From assembly GCA_951406725.2 (NCBI GenBank), contig OX597819.1, forward strand, positions 95,852,001 to 95,916,000: a stretch of 64,000 bases of DNA, read 5' to 3'. Made by a program: the position numbers and the translations under genes. The notes under the pieces are model-generated. The model had not been told where the DNA came from. It saw only the letters and a list, made by a program, of their open reading frames with translations, and searched no databases. This DNA comes from Octopus vulgaris (taxonomy: Eukaryota). Each line of letters begins with the position of its first letter. The stretch's first letter is position 1. Positions 35,241 through 47,317 of this stretch are shown here, one piece after another.

Positions 35241-38200
35241 ATCATCATCATCATTGTCGTTGTTTAGCATCCGTTGTCTATGCTGGCATGGGCTGGACGG
35301 TTTGGCCAGGGCTGGCAAGCTGGAAGACTGCACCAGATCCCAGTCTGATTTGGCATGGTTTCTACAGCTTGATACCCTTCCTAATGCCAACCACTTGTAA
35401 TGGGTGCTTTTACATGCCACTGGCTCAGGTGCCATTTGCATAACACTGGTATCTGCCACAACTCTGCTTTTACTTGGCTTGATTGGTCTTCTCAAGCATG
35501 ACATAAAGCCAAAGGTCTTGGTCATTGCTCCATGAGGCCCAACACTCGAATGGAGCTTTTCACATGTCACTGGCATCGGCCACTATGTCTCCATGAGGCC
35601 TAATGCTCAAAAAGTGCTTTTTACATTCCACCAACATGGGTGCTAGTTATGTGACATCAGCAGCAGCCATGACTCCAATTTCATGGGTTTTGATGGGTTT
35701 TCTCAAGCACAGCATATCACCAAAGGTCTCAGTCACTAGTCATTGCCTCTGCAAGGCCCAAAGTTCAAAGTTCATGCTTCACTTTAATCTTTATTATAGG
35801 CATGTAGCCTGAACAAAGAATGGACATAACAAGGACGGACAACACAAAACATGGGGCACATGTAATGAAGAATAAATATAAAATGAAATATTTATAATGA
35901 ATAGAATGGAATGGTTTACGAGCCCCGCTAAGCTCGCAGTTTCATTTTACTGTTCTTTTATACAGTTTATAATCTTTTTTTTTTTAAATTTCTCGTCTTT
36001 TATAAACTCCATCAATTCTTCCTGTTCAACAACATTCGGCAGACTCTCATAACGGACGTTTATTCCTGATCCCATTATACTTCTAGGAAACAAATCTTCC
36101 ATTCTTTCCATTCGGTCTTTGTCCAATAACACAGCTTTCTGATCACTATAAAACATGTTTGGATCCAATTTAACTCGTATTAATCCCTTCATTTTTGCCA
36201 ACCTCTTTTCTTATTCCATCTTCATGTAAAACACCAACAATCTTAAATTCTTTCCTTTTGGTCTCCCTTCTCGTTCTACATATTCAAGTTGCATTGTCAG
36301 TCTGTCCTTCCACTGCTTAAGTCTGACCTCCATTTCCTCTACATCTACACTAGTCACTGATTGTTCCGATTCTCGGGTTCAATGTTCTGTTGTTTTCATT
36401 TCCTCCATTATTTTCTTTTTACCTTTCTTTGTTTTCGGACTTTTTAGTGGTGATTCAAGACATGTTCTCTTTCTATCTGCAGTTAATTCTTTTTTTCCTT
36501 CCTCTTTTTCATCCTTTTTTCCTTCTTCCTCTCTCTCTGCATCATTGCAAACCTCTATCTCTTCAACTGGTGATTCTTTTAGGGGACACTCTGTTTGCAT
36601 ATGTCCCCTACATTTACATTTGTAACATATTGGTGGTCTCCCTTTTCCTTCCTCTCTTTCATCCTTTTTTCCTTTTTCTTCTTCTATCTCTTCAACCAGT
36701 AATTCTCTTAGGGGACACTTTGCTTGCATGTGGCCCCTACTTTTACATTTGTCACATATTGGAGGTCTCTCTTCCACCACCAATCTCAGTCGGGTTTTGT
36801 TGGGGAGCATCAATTCTTCTGATATGTTATGCAGGACTGGCAGGGTTATATGGACTAATACTTCCATGCCAAAACCCCACCAGTTGATCTCTCATGATTT
36901 CTCGACTTTTAAGATCTCCACCTCATCCTTGCAGTTGTGAATAATGGCTGCAACCTGTCACTCTAGGTCAATTTCCGGAAGTACTCTACCAATTCTTACT
37001 CTAGCAGCTCTTCTTCCACAGTATGTAGGCAAAAGTGCCCATCTAGCCACTCTCAAGAGTACAGTGGTGTGCCTTTTTGCCTCCTCCTCACTCGTAAAGC
37101 ACACCTTCACCGTACCATATTTTCTACCTCTTGCACAGAACGTGGTTAATTGCTTAATCTCACTTAAGCACTCCTCCATCTCTTCAATTTCTGCTACTTC
37201 AGTTTTCTTCATCTCGACATTAAGTGTTCTGTATACAATGATTTTCTTTTCTGCTCGTTCAACTGCTTCTTTTGGTGGTGTTACTTTTAGACAGTCTCCT
37301 TCCTTCTTGAATAAATCTTTGAATTTTTCTAAATTCTTTCTGTCAATTTGTATTCCTTTCATTTGCATTGCGTCTGCAGACAGGCTTTTGCCTGTTGTTG
37401 CCGCATAACTTGCAGGCTCCATACCCACATATGGGTAGGAAAACAATCTTGAATAGTTTAACAATAAATATAAACAATAATATTTTAATACAAATTCTTC
37501 AACAATTTTCAAAAAATCAAAACAATGCTTCACTACCTTGCCTCATGTCTTCCTGGGTCTACTTCTACCACAGATTCCCTCTACAGTTAGAAACCAGCAC
37601 TTCTTTACACAGCTGTTCTCGTCCATATGTATCACATGTCCATACCAGTGCAATCATCCTTGCACACCACCTATAATGCTCCTTATGCCCAACTTTTCTC
37701 TCAAGATGCTTACACTCTATGTAACATACTGGTTTCATTTCCTTCAAGCCTATGCATATCCTCGGCTGTCACAGGCCATGGTTCACTGCAGCGTAGTATA
37801 GCTGTTCACACACTGGCTTCATGCAATCTGCTTTTCACTCTGGGGGAGAGGCCCTTTGTTGCCAGCAGACTTAGGAGCTCTCTGAACTTTGTCCAGCCAA
37901 TACTTATTCTCACAGCTATGCTCTTGGAGCATCCACCTCTGCTAGTAACTTGGTCACCTAGATAATAGAAGCTATCTACTACTTCCAACTTACCCACCTG
38001 GCAGTTAATGGTGTCTATTTTCTGGACATTTTTGGTGTTTATTGTACCTGTGCATCTCCCACACACGAAAGCTATTTTCCCTGTTAACCTACCTATGATA
38101 TTGCTGCACCTCTTATGAGTCCAAAGCTTACACCCAGTACATCTTATGGAATTTATACCTACGTCTTTTCTACAGATCAAGTAGGGCCATCTGCCTGAAG

Positions 38201-38660
38201 AGATTTGTGATTTGTCTGCCTTCCTACTTACTAAAGACTTTGGTTTTTACTAGGTCAACTCTAAGGACCTTTGATTCTAGACCTTGCTTACATACCTGGA
38301 ACTTTTCTAGTTTTAGTAGTGATTCAACTATAAGAACATGGTCATCAGCTTGGAGGAGCTCCTCTGTTATTGCCTGGAGGACTATGATGAACAAGAGGGG
38401 GCTGAAGACTGATCCTTAGTGAACCCCAACTTGTTCCCTGAATTCTGTACTCATTGCCAACCCTCACCTTACTGGTAGTGTCTCTGTACATGACTTGTAC
38501 AGCTATCACCAACCATTCGTCTATCCCTAGTTTCTGCATTGACCACCAGATAAGGGATCAGGGGACCTTGTCAAAGGCTTTCTACAAGTCAATAAAAGCC
38601 AAGTACAAAGGTTTATCTTTAGCTACGTATTTCTCCTGCAGCAGCCTTACCAGAAATATA
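35241..38660 (-). mobile_element. RTE-clade LINE (RT to 3' tail), split by the ORF1-only element
   Basis: 37535-38660 encodes RT and C-terminal motifs (MQKLGIDEWLV, ADD, CTGCKLWTHKRC, RPRKT). The ORF end and family C tail resume at 35773 down to 35241. Confidence 0.88.
35784..37524 (-). mobile_element. Full-length ORF1-only (HAL1-like) non-autonomous retrotransposon, 1741 bp
   Basis: 10-bp TSD atgcttcact at 35774-35783 and 37525-37534. One frame runs 37422 to 35947 (491 codons, 4 in-frame stops, no frameshift) with an SYA motif, an RRM-like region and two CCHC knuckles. 3' hairpin and AATAAA. No RT. Confidence 0.85.
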
Positions 38661-38724
38661 TGTATGTATATATATATATATATATATCAACATCAAAATA
38701 AATATCAAATGGAAATTGTAGTTG

Positions 38725-39050
38725 TGATACCTGTGTCGGTGGCACATAAAAAGCACCATCTGAACGTGGCCGATGCCAGTGCCGCCTTGGCTGGCTTCTG
38801 TGCCGGTGGCACGTAAAAAGCACCATCTTAACATGGCCGATGCCAGCGCCGCCTTGACTGGCTTCTGTGCCTGTGGCATGTAAAAAGCACCAACCGATTG
38901 TGGCTGCTGCCAGCCTCCCCTGGCACGTAAAAAATACCCACTACACTCACGGAGTGGTTGGCGTTAGGGCATCCGGCTGTAGAAACACTGCCAGATCAGA
39001 TTGGAGCCTGGTGCTAGCACGGAAATCGGACGTTAAACGATGATGATGAT
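38725..39050 (+). mobile_element. RTE 3'-tail copy (family C) with an internally repeated ~68-bp unit
   Basis: ggtggcacgtaaaaagcacc units repeated. Ends ggacgttaaacgatgatgatgat. Confidence 0.8.
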
Positions 39051-39235
39051 ATATATATATGCCAAGGACCTATAATCCTTTAAAGGGATTCTAGATTCCT
39101 AGTTCTCCAGTTTATACCAGTATTCAGTGAAAACTAAATATATTAGTTTTGCATAGGTGTTTAAAATATTTATAAATGAGAAAAGGAAGAAAATGGAGAA
39201 ACTGACATCCAGACATCAGTTTATTCAAAGATATT

Positions 39236-39395
39236 AAAATTCCTGTCGTACAGCTGTTTCCATATCCAATTGGATATGGAAATAACTGTAGGACAGGAAT
39301 TTTCATCATATGAAATTAAAGTTATCTGTATAAAAATAGATTGACAGATATATCTGTCAATGTAAATTGTATATTTTTACAGATAACCTTAATTT
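39236..39395. repeat. Two adjacent imperfect palindromes
   Basis: 39236-39303 is centred on ccaattgg. About 39313-39395 contains the perfect ttgacagata|tatctgtcaa plus outer arms. Confidence 0.8.
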
Positions 39396-39415
39396 TTGTT
39401 CTATTCTCAATCAAA

Positions 39416-39457
39416 AAAGTCTGATGAATGGGAACGTGAAACTCTGAGTAGCACTTT
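39416..39457 (+). ncRNA. Degenerate minimal hammerhead ribozyme motif
   Basis: aaagt-CTGATGA-atgggaacgt-GAAA-ctctgag-TA-gcacttt. Near-palindromic stem III and a GUA site. Stem I pairs if a 2-nt deletion is assumed. Confidence 0.55.
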
Positions 39458-39877
39458 ATTGTGATATTTTTGCATCTTTAATAATAAAGCACACACGCAT
39501 GCACACATATATTTATTCATTTATTGACTGGACATACTCAGTGTATGTGTTTTTCTTGTTCATGTTTGAGAAAAGCAAACTTTAGATAAAGTAGTTCTAG
39601 ATACACAATGTATAAATAAAAGATGGGAGGGTCAGAGCTAAACAAAACCCAAAACAGTGGTAAGTGTATACACTATATTTTTACTACCTGAAAGTGCAAT
39701 AGAAATGTTTCACTCAGAATATTGAACATTTCCCTTAATACTGAAGGTAATCAGCTCTTGTGGTCATCTTCACTATGGAACACATTAGAAATAAATAGCA
39801 AAGATATTGTTGCCTAGGTCTGCAATTTCCAAGCACCACAAGATACATATTTTACAATACATCTGCCACCCTAGTTT

Positions 39878-40030
39878 TGATTTCAAATTTTGGCAAAAGG
39901 CCAGCAGTTTCAGGGGAGTGGGTAAGTCCATTACAGTGACCCTGGTGTTCAACTGGTACTAATTTCATCAACCCTGAAAGGATGAAAGGCAAAGTTGACC
40001 TCAGTGGAATTTAAACTCAGAATGTAAAGA
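39878..40030 (-). mobile_element. SINE family B fragment
   Basis: tttcaaattttggcaaaaggccagc...gaaaggatgaaaggcaaagttgacctc family match. Confidence 0.75.
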
Positions 40031-40384
40031 TTTGTTTTCTAAAATATAAATTAGTGATTGTATAAAATATATATTTAACAAAGGCAGGAGTGTTTTATGC
40101 ACTATAGTTGTGACTCTATGAAATTGTTGTAGTAACAACAAAACCCAGAAGAAATATTGCATGAAACTCTCACCAACAATCTGCTAGAGACACTATAATA
40201 TTGAATCAAACAATATCTTAATTATATATTTTACGCAACTACATAGTTTATATTAAAAAAAAAGAAAGTACATAAAGAATAGATTATATAATTGATTCTT
40301 TCTTTGGAAAAATTCCCTCATATTTTGTATATATTTGTGTTTATAACTATAATATTGAAGATTGCTGACAAAGTCAAGTCATTG

Positions 40385-40845
40385 TCATCATCATCGTTTA
40401 ACGTTCACTTTCCATGCTAGCATGGGTTGGACGATTTTGACTGAGGGCTGGCAAACCAGATGGCTGCACCAGGCTCCAATCTTGATTTGGCAGAGGTTCT
40501 ACAGCTGGATGCCCTTCCTAATGCCAACCATTCCGAGAGTGTAGTGGGTGCTTTTTACATGCCACCGGCACAGGGGCCAGTCAGGCGGTACTGGCAACGA
40601 TCTCGCTCGAATCTTTTTACACATGCCACCAGCACAGGTACCAGTGTTGGAGGACCACATCTCACTAATATATTTTGTTTTGGCATGATTTCTATGGCTT
40701 TTCACAATGCTAAGTGTTGGTCCAGTGAATAGGAGAGATGGCAATTAGAGATAAGAAAGTACCATGCTCGGTTGGTGCTCTTGGCACCCTACTAGCACGG
40801 ACACAAGTGCCAGTAAGGCGATGCTGGTAACGATCACACTCGAAG
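40385..40845 (-). mobile_element. RTE 3'-tail copy carrying a 121-bp insert
   Basis: Family C sequence on both sides of 40644-40764. Confidence 0.75.
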
Positions 40846-41583
40846 TCAAATTCATAAATGATTATTCAATGATAAATAGTGCTACAGAGCAAGATTAGCT
40901 GCACATCACCACCATCATCATTTTAAACCATTCCAAACATAACCACTTTTCCCAATCCTGCATGAGTTGGATGGAATTTGTTGAGGATTTTCTAAATGAA
41001 ATTGAAACACTGGTGTTTAAGCAAGATGTGGTTTTAAAACAAAGTCTCTTAGAGATGGCATTTGTAGCTGTACTGCAAATTATCAACTAACATAATTCTT
41101 GTGAATTTCTCTGGAATGAAAAATCTTTTACTTGCTCACAAAAATCCTGACTCAAATGCCTCACAATAAAAGCTAGTATAGGAAAACAGACATTAAATGA
41201 ACAAACAGAAACCAGAAGCTGATTAAAAATATTTTATTGTATAGCTGGGGTTGCTTCAGTTTACTTACAGAAACCCCTTGGGAGAATATAAACAAACATC
41301 ACATCTTCCCATTTGTCATCACCATAAACTCTCAGACTTCATGTCAGAAAGCAACATATACAAAGTGAGATAATATAGTAAAAACATTAAGTCTGAGTGA
41401 AACCAATTTTTTAACCTTGAAAACCCTTTTCTCTATCCAAGAGTTTTTTCTGCCTCATTCAGAATATATTTACAAATAAGTGCTGCTATTGCTTAGTTTC
41501 TTCAATTATTTCTTTGTTGTAGTATGTAGACACCAAGATAGATTTTAGCTGAACCTGTCATATAACATCGCAAAATGGAGACA

Positions 41584-41681
41584 TCAATCATTGTCAGCAT
41601 CCTCTTCATCACCTTTAGCTAAAGAATCAGTTGCATTCATAGCAGTTACTAGATCTTGACTATTTCCTTTCAGACGATCCC
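41584..41681 (-). CDS. CCDC12: CCDC12/Cwf18 spliceosomal protein, coding exon 5
   Basis: ttttcag|GG GAT CGT... = (R)DRLKGNSQDLVTAMNATDSLAKGDEEDADND*. Phase matches exon 4. AATAAA at about 41233. Confidence 0.9.
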
Positions 41682-41882
41682 CTGAAAATACAAACATTGA
41701 AAAAATTCAATAAAATCTCAAAAGAAAATATACAAAATAAACAGTGAAGATACTTGATTATTAATTTCATCTTATATAGATGCAGCTTGTACCAATGTGA
41801 CTAGTTGATAGCAGATCTTACTTTAGTGTCTAAGAGTTCAAAATCTAGTTGGGTATCAAAAGTATACAAAGCAAACACTTAC

Positions 41883-41994
41883 GTATTAAGAGAGCAATAG
41901 CCCTTTGAGTGCGACGCTCCAGTTTTGCCAATCTTTTGGATATATCTCTTTTTAGATCCCAATCAGGTTTGCGAGGAGCAAGATTAAATAGATC
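41883..41994 (-). CDS. CCDC12: CCDC12 coding exon 4
   Basis: DLFNLAPRKPDWDLKRDISKRLAKLERRTQRAIALLI, the hallmark Cwf18 motif. AG/GT boundaries. Confidence 0.95.
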
Positions 41995-42295
41995 CTGTGA
42001 TTAAAAAGGTAAGATTGGTCTGTGAGAGAATATGTAATAATTGATGTTAACTGAAGAGATATAATATCTAGGTGTCAAAGATAATAATATAAAACAAGTC
42101 ATTAAATTAATAAAATTACACTGGTGAAATGAGATTACAAATGAGATTAAGAAACAGGTAAAGATCATGTATTTCAGACCTATTTTTATTGCTAGCACAA
42201 AGAATAATCAGTAAATTTTTGATAGTAATTATACACCACAAGAGCAAACTAAACTATATGTTACTCATTTAGCAAATAAGGAGGTATAAACTTAC

Positions 42296-42357
42296 CACAT
42301 CTTCAACAGATGTCTTCAAATTTGCAGCAGCTAATTGCTCTTTAATATTATCTTCAA
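42296..42357 (-). CDS. CCDC12: CCDC12 coding exon 3
   Basis: (V)EDNIKEQLAAANLKTSVEDV. Boundaries ctccag| and |gtaagt. Confidence 0.9.
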
Positions 42358-43446
42358 CTGGAGGGGAAAAAAACAGGAAGGATAAAACATGTTCGTTATT
42401 TCAAGATTATATATTAAACGATTTTCATTTTCATTTCTATGTTGAAAATAAGCTGTTCCCTCAAATTTAGAGAAGCATTTGATATATTTTCCAAGAAATA
42501 ACCTGAAAATTGACGATGGGTTATTAATTTTAAAGAAAGGAAATTTGCTATTATATAACCATTTGTATCACATCTCTGAGCCAAATACTTTTGCTTTTGG
42601 TTCCCATCAGTAACTCAACATAGTCATGTAATTCTTATTCATCATTTCTCTTCCTCTGTCGCATCCACTGTAAACATTATAACAATATCAATTCACTTCA
42701 CTGCTAACCCCAATCAGCTCTGATCCTACAGAATTTGGATAAAAAACTGTTCCAGCTGTGAGCTTTTATTTTCTTGAGATGTAGTGATGAATTATCTTTT
42801 CAATTCTAGCAAGTCAAACAACTTTATAGAAATTCTTTCTGTGCCAACAAAGTCTTCTGTTGCCACTCTCATCCACTTGGTACTTTCTTATCTCTAATTG
42901 CCATCTCTCCTATTCACTGGACCAACAGTTAGCATTGTGAAAAGCCATAGAAATCATACCAAAACAAAACATATTAGTGAGATGTGGTCCTCCAACACAT
43001 CTCAAAGGGAAATAATTCCAAGTGGGAATCAACTCAGATTGTAACAATATATCCAAGCTATGGCAGAATGGCAAGCAGAAGTAAAACAATGAGTGAATGC
43101 ATGTATGTATGTGCTTGTCTTTTGCTGATGTATGTCAGTAAAAGATGTAAACATTAGGAGGGAACTAAAGGAACTAATGCTCTTTAAGTGAAATCCTTTG
43201 CAATATTTGCTCTGCACTGATATTACATACACTCCCATACTCTTGCTCTCAAAAATGCAATAAACCAAGTAATTGGCTCATTAGAAATATGTAACCATCA
43301 AATCATTAACTTGTTATTTATCAATTGTTAGATAAATCAAATAAAGTATACATTCCCTGACAGTTAAATAAAATAAAAAATGTTTCCTCACAGTCATAAC
43401 AAAGAACTAAAAGAAATTTCAATGTTAAAAATAAATGATTTCTAAC

Positions 43447-43523
43447 CTTTTCCTGGTTTGGCCTTAGGCAACTGGTTTTCCAGTAATGCTTCATCAATTG
43501 GTTGATAACTTCGAAATAAAGGT
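43447..43523 (-). CDS. CCDC12: CCDC12 coding exon 2
   Basis: (K)PLFRSYQPIDEALLENQLPKAKPGK. Boundaries tttcag| and |gttaga. Phases 2 and 1 fit the neighbouring exons. Confidence 0.9.
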
Positions 43524-43609
43524 CTGAAATGAAATTAGTTTGAAGTTGAATCATATTTAAAAAGTTTGTTACTACTTGTATTTCATTTTGAAATTAAGGT
43601 TTTTTTTTT

Positions 43610-44680
43610 AATGAAAACCCATAATGTAAAGGGGTGCTGTCAGTAAGGTGAGAGTTAGCCATGAGTACAATGGCCAATTTAGTGTACAGGTAGGAGTTTA
43701 CAAGGGCTTGGTACTCAGTCCCCTACTTTTCATTATACTTCCCCAGATCATAACAGAAATTTAAGACTAGTTGCTCTTGGGAACTGATGATCTTGTTCCT
43801 ATAGAGGAATGTGGAATAGAATTAGAAAAAAAATCCAGGTATGAAAGCAAAACCTAGAATCAAAAGGCCTTAAAGTTCACTTAGCAAAGTACAAAGTTCT
43901 AGTAAGCAAGAAAACAGTTAGGACTCTCTTCCTATCAGGTAAATGTCCCCACTTGATATGTAGGAATTTCATAGTGTCCCAGTGCAATCACAGGTAGATA
44001 AACAGAAAAAAGTATTCTTTGTGTGGAAGATGTGCAGGAGCAATGAACACAAAGGATACAAGAGAAAATAGATTTTATCAAATGCCCAGAAAGTTCCTTA
44101 GAGACAGTAGATAGTTTCTGTTACTTAGATGGCCTAGTAGTAGTGGAGGATGTTCTAAAGGTATAGTTGCTACAATAGGAATAGGATGGAGAAAGTTCAG
44201 AGAGCTATTACCTCAGTAGGCAACAAAAGTTTTCTCTTGAAATTCAGACTATGATGCATGTGCTCAAACAGCAATGTTGCATGGTAGTGAGACATGGACC
44301 TTGAATGCAAAGGCATGTGAAGACTAAGAGGATATGAAGCTAGAATGCTCCATTGGATGTGCAATGTCAGTGTGCATGCTTAATGGAGTACAAAGGAGTT
44401 GAAAGAAAAACTGGGTATGAGAGAAATCAGATGTAATGTCTAAGAAAGACTGCACTGGTTTGGGCATGTTATGTGTTTGGATGATGATATCTATAAAAAG
44501 TGTTGAATGTGCACAGTAGATGGAATCTGCAGAAGAGGAAGATACAAAAGATGGGATGAGCTGGTAAAGGCTGATCTCAGGACTTTGAGATTCGTGGAAC
44601 AGATGACAAGGAAGCAAGATGTTTGGTGATATGCAATGATCGAGAAGACCCACCCAGCTATGCTAGCAAGGGTGATTGAG
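43610..44680 (+). mobile_element. Decayed RTE LINE (RT to 3' end) in CCDC12 intron 1
   Basis: Remnants of FSVQVGV.QG..LSPLLF, DDLV, HGSETWTL and WFGHVM. Confidence 0.75.
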
Positions 44681-45456
44681 GTTCTCCAAGTATAATGTAT
44701 ATGCACAAAACTGTGTCTTTTGTATCTTCCCCACTTCCTACTAATAAGACAACTGGGTCACTCCCCATCTCCCGGCCATTTCCTATTGACAGCTATTCTT
44801 TATTCATTTTCAGTCCCCTCACTGCCACACATAATTGTAATCTAAACCATCTAAAATGTATCCCCGGGAAATTCATTAAAAGGCATGTCTTGCAATGAAA
44901 GTTATGAAGAAACAAAGTCGGAGGTGGGGGAATTATCGCAAAATACTAAAAAATCTAACATGTATCTTTGGTAAATTTAATTTAAAAAATATGCATTTTA
45001 AAGAAACTTATAGGGGTAACAAAAGTGAAGCTAAGTAGTTATGCCATTTCACCACAGGAATACAAACTGATTAACAACTGCGAGAGACCTGAGACGATTG
45101 AAGACGTCTCTTCTCATCAAACTAAATATTTATATATTTTTTGTAACACAAAGACGGACCGACGATTAGAACGACGGAGGTCGTTCTAATCGTCTAATAA
45201 CGAAAAAGTAAAGGAACTCGGAATACAAAAAGGACGTAATTAAGTACACCCAGGTGTTTTGTCCACAGTTCTACCGATTCCGTAAAATATTAAAAATTTT
45301 TTTTTGATATCATTGTAAATTGAGGGGGAATTCGTTTGAAAATAATAAAATATCGTAATATATAAGCACGAATTTGTACGCTTCAATGAACACACGTTGT
45401 TACTATACTATAATTTGGAGAGAAGTTATTATAATAAAAATGGTAGATAATTTTAC

Positions 45457-45602
45457 TTAGGAAGCTTTTCGTCTGTTTTGCTATCTTTCGTTTGCTGGTT
45501 CTCTGACGGATCTTCTGTTTGACAAAGTCTTTTCGCTTTCATCTCCTGCAAGCGAGCTTTTCTCTTCAAAGCTGCTTGTTGTAACTCTCCCACTTCAGAC
45601 AT
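45457..45602 (-). CDS. CCDC12: CCDC12 coding exon 1 (spliced protein is 164 aa)
   Basis: MSEVGELQQAALKRKARLQEMK resembles the CCDC12 N-terminus VGRLEEEALRRKERL. Donor AA|gtaaaa. Confidence 0.88.
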
Positions 45603-46284
45603 GCTGAATATTGTGTATTTCTTCCCCTGTCTAGTCACACTGATTCATAAAACTGACAACATGTCATCATTTGCCATAAGTTATAGTTTATTATTAATTA
45701 AACACAACTAATTGATTTTTTCAAGATTGTCGCCATTAGTTCAGTCTTATCAAGTAATCTCCCTTTTATAACCGCATTTCGTATCAAAGGGACATTAGTT
45801 TGGACTAAACGCCGGCAAATACAATAACTTGACACGCGCGCACACCGGCCTACTTACATGCATACGTTCTGCCATCCATACATACAGTATTACATCGTGT
45901 GACAAAGACGATTAAAAAGAAACTACTTTTCCGTACACACACACACGTACACTTATACATCCGTAATATATCAAAACAGGAAGTTAAAAAGATTTTTTGG
46001 TATTATTTATTCATCATTACATACGTTTCATAAGAATGGCAAAATTATACATGTTGGATAAACATGTAAAAAATTTCCTACTAGAAATTTTTCGGATAGA
46101 AAAATAAAATAATGCGAAATTTATACTTGGATGAAGCGTTTATAGTTAGTAATGAAGAATTGTATAGATAGTTGGGAGAGAGAATAAAGAGCAAATCTTG
46201 TAGTTCAAGAAGGCGAGGGAGAGTTGGGAATTGGAATAATAATTGTATGTACATTTATGCACATATAACAATGGGCTTCAACTA

Positions 46285-46820
46285 CAGAAGACTTGCGAAG
46301 GCTTGAAAGAAATGAAGCTAGCATGCTCCACTGGATGGGTGATGTCAATGTGCACACACGACAGAGTGTAAATGATTCAAGGGGAAAACTGGGTATAAGA
46401 GGCACCAGATGCTGTGTGCAAGAGAGGGGAGTGTGCTGGTTTGGTCATGTGATGCGTATGGTTGAGGACAGCTGTGTAAAGAAGTGTCAAACTCTAATTG
46501 TGGAAAGTACCTGCGGAAGGGGTAGACCCAGGAAAACGTGGGATGAAGTGGTGAGAAAGGATCTTTGGATGCTGGGCCTCACTGAGGAAATGACAAGGAC
46601 TGGGGGATGCAGTGATTTGCTGTATTTGATAAGACTGGTCAAGCTAACTAAAATCGCTGTCTTTCACGCATACAGGCTTGCCCTTTCAGGTGCTGGTGCC
46701 ACATAAAAAGCAACCGTGCTAGTGCTGTGTAAACACACCTGTGCTGATGCTGCATAAACACACCTGTGCTGGTGGCACATAAAAAGCATCTAGCACACTC
46801 TGTTAAGTAGTTGGCATTAC
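46285..46820 (+). mobile_element. RTE LINE 3' fragment
   Basis: LERNEASMLHWM...WFGHVMRM...GRGRPRKTWDEVVRKDL, then family C tail units. Confidence 0.85.
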
Positions 46821-46905
46821 ACACACATGCACATATATGGACACACATACATACCCATACACACATATACATACACACATACTTATATATACATACATGT
46901 ACATA

Positions 46906-47279
46906 TTCTTTTATTGTTTTACATGTTTTAGTCATTTGACTGTGGCCATGCCGGAACACCACCTTTAGTCAAGCAAATCAACTCCAGGACTTATTCTTAG
47001 TAAGCTTAGTACTTATTCTATCAGTCTCTTTCACTGAACTGCTATGTTACAGGGACATAAACACACCAGCATCGGTTATCAAGCGATGTTGAGGGACAAA
47101 CACACACACACATATACGACAAGCTTCTTTCAGGTTCCATCAACCAAATCCACTCACAAGGCTTTGGTTGGCCTGAGGCTATAGTAGAAGACACTTACCA
47201 AGGTGCCATATAGTGGGACTGAACCCGGATCCATGTAGTTGGTAAGCAAGCTACTTACCACACTACCACTCCTGTGCCT
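46906..47279 (-). mobile_element. SINE family A, full-length
   Basis: Reverse complement of the 2845-3240 family, including the A and B boxes. Confidence 0.85.
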
Positions 47280-47317
47280 ACATATATATATATATATAAA
47301 AATTTATATATATAAAT

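Noticed and set aside
35947-37422. Three in-frame TGA codons in the ORF1-only element as selenocysteine or readthrough
   Set aside because: One aligns with Trp in the relative, the others fit CGA>TGA decay, a TAA is also present, and the 3' hairpin lacks SECIS geometry.
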